DNA of 64,000 nucleotides from a bacterium (GCA_021805395.1 JAJZFJ010000244.1:2543-66542); one strand, 5' to 3'. Counted from the stretch's first letter, positions 47,487 through 56,873 are shown. Translations and numbers: made by a program. Notes: generated by a model not told the origin, from the letters alone.

Positions 47487-48727
47487 TAATTTACAGAACT
47501 TTTCCTTCTACCCAATCGCATGGCCTCACGAATTCTCTTTGTTACCCGATCAGTAACATCAGGAAAAACTGTTTGACCACAGAGCAGCATGGTTGCAGTT
47601 TGAGTCGCAGATGGTCTGTTTACTCCATTCCTGTAACAGAATGAAGGCCATTGGTAGAAGATTTTTGAAAGTCTCAGTGCAGCATTAAAGTTATCGGCGA
47701 AAGTATCTGTGATGATTTTTGAGTAGTTTACTGTGTTGTTTTCAAGTATGCATGTGGCGACAATTTTGCCGCTGCGTAATGCATGCAGTATTCCATCTCC
47801 AAAGAACGGGTTCACAAGTCCGGCAGCATCACCAGAAAGGAAAACATTACCTTCTCTGTTTTGCATTGTATTCTGTCCGTGCCAGAGAGGAAGAGGATAT
47901 GAATGATAGATTAGCTCATCGGGGTTGTAAGGAACATTCAGAGATGTGAGATAGTTACATATAACATTTTGGAGAAACTCCTTTGTGCCAGTTCTTTCTT
48001 CCTTCTCATTTTTCTTACTGCTAAAAAAGCCCGCTCCAACATTGAGATGATCACTTTTCGGAAATACCCAGGCATAGCCTTTTGGAACAGCTCCAAACTC
48101 GAGATGCAATACCTCAGGTCTTAAATCGGGATGACCACTTTTCCAGTCGTGTGGTACTTCAGCTTCCATTGCAATAGCGAGAGACCGCTCTTTTCTAAGT
48201 CCAATCTGCCTTGCAACAATACCATTCACCCCATCAGCACCAACCAGCTTGTCACAGGTTGCAACCCACGTCTCACCATTATGATGAGCTTCCACCTGAA
48301 CCCTTCCATCTGGCAGACAGGTTATCTGTTTCACTGTATGTTCATCCAGCAGCTCTGCACCACTTGCTTCAGCGCGTTTTGCTAGTGCATTATCGAAAAT
48401 ATCTCGGCGGACCATCCATAAAGACAGGTTGGTATTGTCACTCACATTCATCGGCATGAGGAAGGGAGTCTCAAAATTGAAAGTGTGTCGCATATACCGT
48501 GTATCACACTCGATAAATGCTTCAGGTGCCAGGTCCTTGAGTTCATTAAACTCCAGGATGTCTGCTGCCACCATAGGAATGCCGCCACCACAAGTTTTAT
48601 GTCTTGGCAGCTTATGCTTCTCGAGCAATGCTACTTTCAAACCATTACATGCTAGTTTCCATGCTGCAACACTCCCGCTTGGTCCTGCACCAACAACAAC
48701 CACATCGTAATGCAATGTTAACTCCAA
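47486..48727 (-). CDS. FAD-dependent oxidoreductase, geranylgeranyl reductase family
   Basis: 413 aa. YDVVVVGAGPSGSVAA, KTCGGGIP, GDAAGLVNPFFGDGI. Confidence 0.85.
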   Translation of the reverse strand: MELTLHYDVVVVGAGPSGSVAAWKLACNGLKVALLEKHKLPRHKTCGGGIPMVAADILEFNELKDLAPEAFIECDTRYMRHTFNFETPFLMPMNVSDNTNLSLWMVRRDIFDNALAKRAEASGAELLDEHTVKQITCLPDGRVQVEAHHNGETWVATCDKLVGADGVNGIVARQIGLRKERSLAIAMEAEVPHDWKSGHPDLRPEVLHLEFGAVPKGYAWVFPKSDHLNVGAGFFSSKKNEKEERTGTKEFLQNVICNYLTSLNVPYNPDELIYHSYPLPLWHGQNTMQNREGNVFLSGDAAGLVNPFFGDGILHALRSGKIVATCILENNTVNYSKIITDTFADNFNAALRLSKIFYQWPSFCYRNGVNRPSATQTATMLLCGQTVFPDVTDRVTKRIREAMRLGRRKSSVN

Positions 48728-48919
48728 TGGTCTAATTTAGTATGATGATTCTACCTCTTATCCATCTTCTTTGTCGTTAAATAACATCAGCGATTATGTT
48801 TAGATTGACTTATGATGAAGAATAGAGATGCATAATACTATAAAAGACACTCGCAAACTACTTTAGATAATAGATGCGTAAATTACATAGTACATCGTCT
48901 TCGTATGGAGTTGAATTAA

Positions 48920-50077
48920 ATGCGCAAAATTATGATCATTCTAGTACTTTTTGTAATCGCATTCGCTGCCGGAGCACTTGTTACGTATAGATTAGTTAAG
49001 CAGGATTCTGGCTCGGAGTTAAGCTCTGTTGCTGCATCGAACACTGCATTCACCCCTGCTTCCAACCAGCCATTACAACTTAAGACAAGTGACAGCCCGG
49101 TTGGCAATCCTGGAGCACTTGCAACTGCAGCGGCAGTGATAGAGCCATCGGTAGTCACAATAGACACTGCCTCACAGCAAACTGAATGGAACGACTTTCA
49201 GCAGCCTCTTCAGGTAACTGTTCCTCTGGGGACAGGATCGGGAGTGATCCTTACGTCAAACGGGATTATAGTAACCAATAACCATGTTATAAATGGTGCC
49301 ACCAGAATTATGGTTACATTATATAATGGAAAAAAACTGCCAGGCAAAGTGATTGCTAGCGATCCAGTTAGTGATTTAGCCGTGGTTAAGGTGGACGCTA
49401 CGGGTTTGACGCCAGCCACACTTGGTGACTCTGACAAGCTGGTGGTAGGACAGTGGGTAATCGCCGTAGGTGATCCTCTGCGTGTGGGGACAACTGTGAC
49501 GTCAGGAATTGTGAGTGCACTTCATAACTCTGGCCTGCCACCGGGAGTGGGAGGTGAGCTGGCGTCGTATATTCAAACGGATGCAGCTATTAATCCTGGC
49601 AATTCTGGTGGTGCTCTAGCAGACAGCGAGGGCAGGTTGATAGGAATTAACACAGCACTGAAATCAGAAAATGGTGGATTTGTTGGGATTGGTTATGCAA
49701 TTCCGATTAACGAAGTGAAGAAGGTAGTCGAAGAGCTAATTAGCACAGGCAAGGTTCAGCATCCCTGGCTTGGAATTGCATTCACCTCGCTAAATAGTCA
49801 GATTCGACAGGAGTATAACATTCCTTCCTCGGTTGACGGGGTAATTGTGGGTGGTGTTGATCCTGGTGGACCAGCTCAGATGGCAGGGGTTCAGCCTGGA
49901 GATATTATCACTAGCGTGAACAATCAGGCAATAACCAGCAGTAAGGTGCTTGAACTCGCAATTGTAACGGGAAAGGTTAACTCGCAGGTAAATCTGTCTA
50001 TTTGGAGAGGGGGAAACAACGTTTCTGTGACTGTAACATTGGCACAGGAGCCAGCAATGCAGCAGATGCAGGGCTAG
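48920..50077 (+). CDS. HtrA/DegP-family serine protease (S1C) with one PDZ domain
   Basis: 385 aa with an N-terminal TM/signal. Catalytic His context (VTNNHVI), Asp (SDLAVVKV) and Ser (GNSGGAL). PDZ segment GVIVGGVDPGGPAQMAGVQPGDIITSVN. Confidence 0.92.
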   Translation: MRKIMIILVLFVIAFAAGALVTYRLVKQDSGSELSSVAASNTAFTPASNQPLQLKTSDSPVGNPGALATAAAVIEPSVVTIDTASQQTEWNDFQQPLQVTVPLGTGSGVILTSNGIIVTNNHVINGATRIMVTLYNGKKLPGKVIASDPVSDLAVVKVDATGLTPATLGDSDKLVVGQWVIAVGDPLRVGTTVTSGIVSALHNSGLPPGVGGELASYIQTDAAINPGNSGGALADSEGRLIGINTALKSENGGFVGIGYAIPINEVKKVVEELISTGKVQHPWLGIAFTSLNSQIRQEYNIPSSVDGVIVGGVDPGGPAQMAGVQPGDIITSVNNQAITSSKVLELAIVTGKVNSQVNLSIWRGGNNVSVTVTLAQEPAMQQMQG

Positions 50078-51306
50078 CTTCCATTTTCAGTATCCTTCTT
50101 GTCTGCACGTAATGCGCCTGCAGCACCCGTTCTTAGTGCTTGCAGGTGCATAGGTACTAGTGTGGTGCCGACTTCCTGAACAACTGCTGCGTACTCTGTG
50201 ACCAGATCAGTGATGAGCGTTATTGTCATGCCGATAGCTCCTCCAAGTATGCACGCAGCCGCAACTCTTCCTGCCTCATATGTGCCCGATCCTGGCGGAT
50301 TTAGATAGATTACCGCACCAATAAAGCCTCCTATGAATCCAGCAAGCACCCCATACACCCTCGGTATTTTGGGAACTGAGTATGATAGTGAGATACCAGT
50401 AACCAGCCCCAATGTTACAAAGCCTGCAATATGTTCAATCAAAGAGAACGGTATATAGTCAAGTACAGTTCCCGTCATCCAGTTACGCATAAAATTGAAC
50501 AGAAATATAACTGCGCTGAATGATATCTGCCCAACACCTCCCGCAATAAATCCGAAAAACGTGGATAGTATAAGCAGTAACAAAAGTCTTTTCCAGGAGA
50601 GAAGAACTGCACGGTCTATGAGCTTGAACACTATCTGCAGGCCAACCAGCAGCGAAGCAGCAAGAAAGAATACAACACAGGAAGTCCAGATGGCCACAGC
50701 CAAAACAGCAGTCAGCATCCCTTTCAACCATGCAAGAGTTAATCCAGGGTGATTAGATACCTGAAGAGTGTCGATTTTAATTCTTTCTCCAGGTGATGTC
50801 ATTACACCATTGAAGGAGGATACTTTGCCGTGATCGATTACCTGAACTGTATAGGGAGTATCTTTAACTGTATCGTGTTGTGCAAAATAAGTTACATATA
50901 TTCGGTAGGGTCCAACTGGTGCTCTGCCGTACGGCCAAACTATATGTTCAACAGGGGTTGTAATTAGAGCGTATACATTTGAATTCGCATCGATATCTAA
51001 CGTTCCACCTGAGGGGGAGGGTGTTGTTTTATCTGCATACCAGATTCGGTAACCATCGGGTTCAACGCATGAGAGATCAAGATCGTTTTTGTTATTCCAG
51101 AGGAGCGCAATTTCCACAGAACCTGAATGACCCCCCGCAGCAGCAACGCGTTGTGAAAGGCTGTTGCGATTTATTAGCACTCGGGTCTGTACCTTTTGCA
51201 AAGCATGATACAAAGGTGGAATCTGTAATAATTTACCAGCTATAACTGCTCCAACAATGCACGAAACAGCACCTAAAACTGCGAACACAACACGAAACTG
51301 CTTCAC
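50074..51306 (-). CDS. membrane protein: N-terminal TM, DUF2135 (YfaP)-like beta-sandwich, then a C-terminal glycine-rich polytopic domain (about 6 TM)
   Basis: 410 aa with a GTG start and SD AGGAG 9 nt upstream, 2 nt after the upstream stop. SVEIALLWNNKNDLDLSCVEPDGYRIWYADK...GGTLDIDANS...PVEHIVWPYGRAPVGPYRIYVTYF resembles the DUF2135 pattern (L.W....DLDLhv..P.G..i.y......GG.LD.D......PE.i.....G.Y.v.V.yy). Confidence 0.6.
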   Translation of the reverse strand: MKQFRVVFAVLGAVSCIVGAVIAGKLLQIPPLYHALQKVQTRVLINRNSLSQRVAAAGGHSGSVEIALLWNNKNDLDLSCVEPDGYRIWYADKTTPSPSGGTLDIDANSNVYALITTPVEHIVWPYGRAPVGPYRIYVTYFAQHDTVKDTPYTVQVIDHGKVSSFNGVMTSPGERIKIDTLQVSNHPGLTLAWLKGMLTAVLAVAIWTSCVVFFLAASLLVGLQIVFKLIDRAVLLSWKRLLLLLILSTFFGFIAGGVGQISFSAVIFLFNFMRNWMTGTVLDYIPFSLIEHIAGFVTLGLVTGISLSYSVPKIPRVYGVLAGFIGGFIGAVIYLNPPGSGTYEAGRVAAACILGGAIGMTITLITDLVTEYAAVVQEVGTTLVPMHLQALRTGAAGALRADKKDTENGS

Positions 51307-51308
51307 TA

Positions 51309-52886
51309 TCAGTCTCTCCTGAGAATGCTTCTAGTGAAAGACTGAGGAGGAACTGGACTCGCAGCCGCGGATTTCTGTCTGGATGGCTCGTTCTCCTGAA
51401 CAATATCTTCCAGTTGCTGCTGGATACGCGATGTCTCACCGACAACTGCAGCGCGTGATGCCTGTCTTCTGGCATGAAGTTCGTCAGTTAGTTTGACATT
51501 TGCAGCATCTGCTCTCTCTAATTGAGCCTGTGCTATCTGCTCCTGTATCTCACGAATGCTGTCCTGCAGGTATTTCACACGATGTGCCAGATGGATAGCT
51601 CGCTGAACTTCAGGGTCTCTTCTGCGTGTGTCCGCCCACAAGGTTTGGCGATGAAGCAGCCAGGATTCCGATAGGGTAGTCTGTCCATCTCTCCATGCCC
51701 GCACAGCCTTGTAAAGGAGGTATGGGCAGCTGATAAGTGTACCGATTAACAGATAGACGAAAAGTGGTGCCTGAGTGGGAGGGACAGCACCAGGAGCACT
51801 GAATCTCAGTGATCTCATGAGTTGCTGCTGGTGAAGCATGTGCAGCCCAAGTCCTTCTGCTGTGATTTCGGCTATAGCGAGTACAAAGAGTACTGCGGCA
51901 AATCCAATTGCTACTGTCTGCTCCCCCTGGATGGAAGGTGGAGGTGGTTGTGAATCATTGGAACTGGCATCGGGTCGTGTTCCACTATGGGAAAAGAGAG
52001 CAACAGTGTAGTGGACAACCTCTCCCATAAGGTAGACGATCACAAATCCCAGAGCAGCACTTACGGCAATTCTTGCTAGACCATCTGCCCTTAGAATGGT
52101 ATCAATGTTCATAAGACCAATTAAGGTGCCCAAGCAGAGTGCAAGCACAGAGCCTGAAACGAATGGAGCCACAAACTGCATAACGAAGGATATCAGCATG
52201 CTCATGAAGTCACCCTGTCGAGGAGGTTGAACCCCATGCTGTCCAGCAAGTTCATGAAGTTCGGGTACTTCCGCGTCAAGTGCTTCGTCCACTAATTGGG
52301 CGGTGATCTCGGGAGATGAAGCAGTTGAAGTTGTGGAATTCGGGTTTGTGGAGGGAGTGTATGAGAGATCTAATGAGATACCGGCTTTTGCAGCGGATTC
52401 TGCCAGTTCCTGTCTGGTATCGCTTATATTAGCTTGCTGGTCTTTAAGTCTGCTTCTCAGGGATTGAATGTGTAAATCCAGCCTTGCAGTCTCCTGCTCA
52501 GAGATTTGCTGTGATCTGGCAAGGTGTCTTTTAGTTTCGTTCTCTACATCCAAGTGCTCATTTGCAGCAGCAGCTGCTCGAGTGAGATACTGCCACTTAA
52601 GCAGCCATGCTCTCTGAGGCTGGTCAGGGATGAGCTTGAGAAAGTTATCCAGCATCATCTCATTCCGCTTGGGATCTTCTTCTGGCCTGTCTACAGAGGG
52701 AACCGGTGGGATGTGCCATATCACCTCATTCTCTGGTTTTCCATTCCAGAATAATGAGGTCCTCACTGGAGCATCCACGGTTTGCTGTTTCTCTCTTACT
52801 GGAGGTGATACTCCATTTACCACCGCGTGGTCTGTTGTAATTTCTGTATCTTGTTCCACGTTAGTTTCCCTGCGTTGAATTCGCAA
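51309..52886 (-). CDS. hypothetical polytopic membrane protein flanked by two long coiled-coil segments
   Basis: 525 aa as called (TTG 52886, overlapping the upstream gene by 26 nt). Alternative starts are GTG 52859 and ATG 52658. Heptad-like, Q/E/R-rich helices lie before and after a block of about 4-5 TM helices. No family recognised. Confidence 0.6.
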   Translation of the reverse strand: MRIQRRETNVEQDTEITTDHAVVNGVSPPVREKQQTVDAPVRTSLFWNGKPENEVIWHIPPVPSVDRPEEDPKRNEMMLDNFLKLIPDQPQRAWLLKWQYLTRAAAAANEHLDVENETKRHLARSQQISEQETARLDLHIQSLRSRLKDQQANISDTRQELAESAAKAGISLDLSYTPSTNPNSTTSTASSPEITAQLVDEALDAEVPELHELAGQHGVQPPRQGDFMSMLISFVMQFVAPFVSGSVLALCLGTLIGLMNIDTILRADGLARIAVSAALGFVIVYLMGEVVHYTVALFSHSGTRPDASSNDSQPPPPSIQGEQTVAIGFAAVLFVLAIAEITAEGLGLHMLHQQQLMRSLRFSAPGAVPPTQAPLFVYLLIGTLISCPYLLYKAVRAWRDGQTTLSESWLLHRQTLWADTRRRDPEVQRAIHLAHRVKYLQDSIREIQEQIAQAQLERADAANVKLTDELHARRQASRAAVVGETSRIQQQLEDIVQENEPSRQKSAAASPVPPQSFTRSILRRD

Positions 52887-53574
52887 TGAGCATTCTAAAC
52901 TTATTTAACCCTGTCTCTGCATCATCTGGTCCTGTTACAATTAATCGATTTCCCAAAATAGGTGCCCATCTTCGTTCAAGCATCGATCTGAAGCCGTTCT
53001 GTGACGTTGCTCCACAAAACCAAACCGCTTTCACATCAGGGTCAGCACTGATGGATTTAAGTGCGGTAACTGTCTCTTTAGGATCCTGATCCTCTCCATC
53101 CGTTAACAGCATAATTGCAACTGGCCGGTTAAGCGTTGTGTTTGTTTGGATTGTGGCTAGCATATCTTTCAGTACAATTCCAGGATGGGTGCCATAGGTT
53201 GTTGGATGCTGTTTCATGATGAGATCTTCCGTTGGCCATAAATCTTCCGCATGATTTGGTACAATATCACTGTACTGATGAGAATTAACATCGTATGACC
53301 AGAAGATGACATGTGAGCCGTGAGGAAGAGCTTCAGCTACGGTTTGATCCAGGATTCCGAATACCTGCTGCCTTAACTGTGTATGGACACTCCCTGTATC
53401 ATCCGCACCCACTAATAAAACAATTGGTTTAATGTTTGAGCCTGAGTGAAGTATAAAATAGCCAGAGATAGCCAGTAAGGCAATTACTACAATTGCGGAC
53501 GTGCCCGCTATCAGTTCCTGACTGCGGCTGGTACCACCGCTCCCACTCTTTGCCCGGGTGCCTTGTCTACGCAT
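52861..53574 (-). CDS. TM-anchored von Willebrand factor A (vWA)-like protein with a variant MIDAS
   Basis: 237 aa with SD GGAGGAG. An N-terminal basic tail plus TM (AIVVIALLAISGYFIL), then PIVLLVGADDTGSV (D-x-T-x-S in place of D-x-S-x-S), ...TYGTHPG..., ...VAIMLLTDGEDQD. Confidence 0.6.
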   Translation of the reverse strand: MRRQGTRAKSGSGGTSRSQELIAGTSAIVVIALLAISGYFILHSGSNIKPIVLLVGADDTGSVHTQLRQQVFGILDQTVAEALPHGSHVIFWSYDVNSHQYSDIVPNHAEDLWPTEDLIMKQHPTTYGTHPGIVLKDMLATIQTNTTLNRPVAIMLLTDGEDQDPKETVTALKSISADPDVKAVWFCGATSQNGFRSMLERRWAPILGNRLIVTGPDDAETGLNKFRMLIANSTQGN

Positions 53575-53670
53575 TACTCCTCCAATATAAACGCCTGTCA
53601 GGTGTTCAGTACCACTCGGTTAAAATAGTTCTATCCGAGAGAGTGTGAACAGGATAACCACAGTTTTAAT

Positions 53671-54552
53671 TTAATTCAGCAAGCCAGAAGCGGATGCACC
53701 TGTAGATATGGTGAAATCTTTTGTGATGTTATACTTTGTGCAAACAGCTGCTAGTTGAGCATCGGCTGCACTGGCTGATGAGTCGGCAGACATGGATGCT
53801 GCTCCCAGCATGCCAGATAGTGTTTTTATTGCTCCGCTGGGATCTGTGCTAGCCTGAGCAATGGAATCATGAACTTTCTGGAACATACCCTGACAATCTG
53901 CAAGGTGCTGATAATAAGCTGAATAGAGAGCATCACAGGCAGTGGGAGGTGTTCTCTGCTGAAACTCATTTGTGAGCTGCTGCCACTGCTGGGTTATTTG
54001 CCCGCTATCCTGGTTCACTTTTGGCAGGAACGTTTTTGCTTTGGCCGTGCTGCTGGCAGCATTTATCTCATTGGCATCCATATTTCCATATGAACTTAGT
54101 GCAGCTCCCATTTCTTCTCCTATAAGCTGCTGTTTTGTCAGCTCAATCTGTTTCAGAAAAGCAAGATAGTCTGATATGGCGGAGTTATCGGGCGGAGCTA
54201 CCTGTGCAGCTGGCTGTTGAATCTGAGGTGTTGCCTGTGCAACGGCAGGCGCCTGAACCAGTGTACTTGATGAACTTGCAGCCGGTGCCTGAACCATTGT
54301 GGTGTTGGCACTTTGAACAGGCTTCTGAAGCATGTGGGAAGCTGCATATCCACCAAAACCTATGAGTAATAGAACGATTACTGTTGCTGCGAATACCTTA
54401 CCATATGAGGATCTTTTGACAGGAGCTGGACTGACACTGTTTTGGAATACCCTGGTTGGATTGGATGCCGGACTTACTCCAATTGGGTTGCCACACCGCA
54501 GACAGAAACGGGATTGAGCCGGAACTTCGGCGCTGCATCTGGAACATTTCAT
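53671..54552 (-). CDS. zinc-ribbon / single-TM protein with a Q/A/P-rich linker and a Cys-containing helical ectodomain
   Basis: 293 aa with SD AGGAG. MKCSRCSAEVPAQSRFCLRCGNPI (CxxC...CxxC zinc ribbon), TM VFAATVIVLLLIGFGGYAA, repeated LVQAPA linker, and a helical C-terminal domain with 3 Cys. Confidence 0.65.
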   Translation of the reverse strand: MKCSRCSAEVPAQSRFCLRCGNPIGVSPASNPTRVFQNSVSPAPVKRSSYGKVFAATVIVLLLIGFGGYAASHMLQKPVQSANTTMVQAPAASSSSTLVQAPAVAQATPQIQQPAAQVAPPDNSAISDYLAFLKQIELTKQQLIGEEMGAALSSYGNMDANEINAASSTAKAKTFLPKVNQDSGQITQQWQQLTNEFQQRTPPTACDALYSAYYQHLADCQGMFQKVHDSIAQASTDPSGAIKTLSGMLGAASMSADSSASAADAQLAAVCTKYNITKDFTISTGASASGLLN

Positions 54553-54868
54553 TATTCACCACTCCTGGGCTTGAATAGTTAGTGATTTCAAAGTTATTAC
54601 ATTAAGCATTATAGTATAAATACTGCACATAGTGTTAATTTCCATCCTCGATGAAACAATAGAAGAACAGAGATAGTTCTGAGTTGAATCTAGCTGCGCC
54701 CCATAATAACATATACGTTTGCATCCATATTTTTGGAATAGGTGACATCAAATCAATGATATTCAGACGATAGGATAGTAGATTGCGTTTCATATTATAA
54801 CTTTAACTACCTCATCAGTATGCTTATATCAGTATAAGAAGAGCTGGTAGAACATGAAAAGCTTGAAT

Positions 54869-55567
54869 TTATGAGGGATTGGGGATGTGCGATAGCAGTG
54901 ATCGCAGTGAGAAATCTTTTAGCGATTCGACAACAACATCTGCTGCTTTGATGTTGCCGTGAATGGTCAGACGGTTTGGAACCGCGACACAGAGTATGCC
55001 TGCTGCAACAGCAGCTGCAATTCCATTTGGTGAATCTTCAAATGCCACTGCTTCATGACAAGCTATTGCCAAAGCATCCAACACTGAAAGATAGAGTTCA
55101 GGATTGGGTTTTCTATGTAATACTTCATTCCCGCAGCGGATTACGTCGAAATATTGGATAAGATTGAGACTGGACAGATGAGATTTTACCCAGCTTTGAT
55201 CTGAACTGGATGCCACAGCGAGTTTCATATTCAGCTCCCTGGCGGTTTTGATCAGGTCTATAACTCCTGGCAGTACTTCTTCGGCACTCATCAACTCGTT
55301 AAAGCGAAACCGTCGTCTGTTTCGTATTGCTGTTCTGTCAATCAACAATCCTGTACGCTCCTCTAACATGTCGTACGGAGTGTAGATTGCTTCTTCTGCA
55401 CCGCGTCCTATATATGCAGCCCATTCCGATGCTGAAAACTCCAGCCCATAATCCTGGAATATTTCATACCATGAGAGATATTCAGGGTATTCGGTGTCTA
55501 AAATTAGACCATCAAAGTCTAATATGAGAGCTTTAATTCTGAATTGTGGCTTCAACTTTGCTATCAA
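54869..55567 (-). CDS. HAD-superfamily hydrolase (beta-phosphoglucomutase-like, subfamily IA)
   Basis: 232 aa. Motif I LILDFDGLILDTE, motif II VASSS, motif III/IV ...KPNPELYL..., AFEDSPNGIAAAVAAG. Confidence 0.88.
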   Translation of the reverse strand: MIAKLKPQFRIKALILDFDGLILDTEYPEYLSWYEIFQDYGLEFSASEWAAYIGRGAEEAIYTPYDMLEERTGLLIDRTAIRNRRRFRFNELMSAEEVLPGVIDLIKTARELNMKLAVASSSDQSWVKSHLSSLNLIQYFDVIRCGNEVLHRKPNPELYLSVLDALAIACHEAVAFEDSPNGIAAAVAAGILCVAVPNRLTIHGNIKAADVVVESLKDFSLRSLLSHIPNPS

Positions 55568-55586
55568 CTATCTTGGACCTTGGCCA

Positions 55587-55880
55587 TCATTTCGATGTGT
55601 ATGCTTTGATCAACTCAGTGACTTCTATTCCGTTTATCTTCATGCCATCGAGATCACAATCGGAAACACTCATGCCAGAAAGTCTACAGTCAGTAATAAT
55701 TACCCCAGACATATTGATATCAGTGAAGGTGGTGTTGAGCATATTTATGTTTGTAAACGTCGATCCACTTAGATTAATATCTTCAAAACTTGCTGTGTTT
55801 AGATCACAGTCCCGAAAAGTCGATCCGGACAGAACTGAACGATCAACATTCAGGATATCGGTCGTATTTTTGATCTCCAT
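55587..55880 (-). CDS. pentapeptide-repeat protein
   Basis: 97 aa from ATG 55880 (SD GGAG 8 nt upstream). Contiguous A(D/N)LxX-type repeats: LSGSTFRDCDLNTASFEDINLSGSTFTNINMLNTTFTDINMSGVIITDCRLSGMSVSDCDLDG. The 143-aa version in the track adds a non-repeat N-terminus. Confidence 0.75.
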   Translation of the reverse strand: MEIKNTTDILNVDRSVLSGSTFRDCDLNTASFEDINLSGSTFTNINMLNTTFTDINMSGVIITDCRLSGMSVSDCDLDGMKINGIEVTELIKAYTSK

Positions 55881-56037
55881 TTTTAACGCTCCATTTCTAG
55901 TACGGCTTGATAAGATTACCTGATACCAGAATAAATCTGATTGGATAAACTGCTTTATATTATTCACGGATGAATCTGTTTCAGATTTCCTGGCTGTCAA
56001 AGTGGCATCAGGAAGCATAATATCCTGACATTAGTGG

Positions 56038-56868
56038 TTGTCACTTTGCCAGATGCATTATAATAGAAATATGATGGTATCACATAACAAGAAAAACAGC
56101 AGTGATCACTCTGTTAAATCACATTCTCTGATCCGTATCTTTGCCAAACTTGCCTGGGATAGAATAGGTTTGTGGATAGTTTCAAGCCTGTCCATGTTTG
56201 CCGAATTTGCCATTTTACTGATACTGCTCCAAGTTCTTCCTGGAGCGAGTTTACTGCGGATTGCTATTATTCTTGTAGGTGCAATGTTCAGTATTCCGCC
56301 TCTATATGCTGGCATATGTAATGCAGTCATCAAGATTGCTTCGGGAGAAGGTGGAACAATAGCGGATGTATTCGCAGGGTTTCAAAAATATTATGGGCCA
56401 GCAGTAAGATTAGGTGTTGTTAATGGAATTATTGGAGTAGTTCTGGCAGCTAACATACATTTCTACTCACTCTGGCATGATAAATTTGCTCATATTGCCC
56501 TCGTTATCTGTGTATATGTCGTCGTCATATACGGTTTCACGTTTGCCTATCAGATGCCTTCACTCGTAATGCAGGAGCAGGGCATATTCGATGATCCAGA
56601 CAGAAAAGCAAGAAGAGGTGCATTTGCTGCTATCCGAAGATCTGCATATCTTGCACTTGGCAATCCCTTACAAACCCTCTACCTGGTGATATTTTCTTTT
56701 GTTCTGGTGGTTATTGGTAAGTTAATTGTTGTGATTGGAGTACTTTTCTTGCCTGCCTATCTTGGTTTAGCAAGTGTGCTGTTTACCAGGAATCTTCTTA
56801 TCAAATATGGGATACTGCCACCATATCCTGATATTGAGACAGGCGATCCTGGCTTGCATATAAACTGA
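56038..56868 (+). CDS. polytopic membrane protein, DUF624/YesL-like
   Basis: 276 aa with about 6 TM. The segment PPLYAGICNAVIKIASGEGGTIADVFAGFQKYYG resembles the DUF624 core. Start uncertain because there are several in-frame Met codons. Confidence 0.5.
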   Translation: MSLCQMHYNRNMMVSHNKKNSSDHSVKSHSLIRIFAKLAWDRIGLWIVSSLSMFAEFAILLILLQVLPGASLLRIAIILVGAMFSIPPLYAGICNAVIKIASGEGGTIADVFAGFQKYYGPAVRLGVVNGIIGVVLAANIHFYSLWHDKFAHIALVICVYVVVIYGFTFAYQMPSLVMQEQGIFDDPDRKARRGAFAAIRRSAYLALGNPLQTLYLVIFSFVLVVIGKLIVVIGVLFLPAYLGLASVLFTRNLLIKYGILPPYPDIETGDPGLHIN

Positions 56869-56873
56869 TTGGA

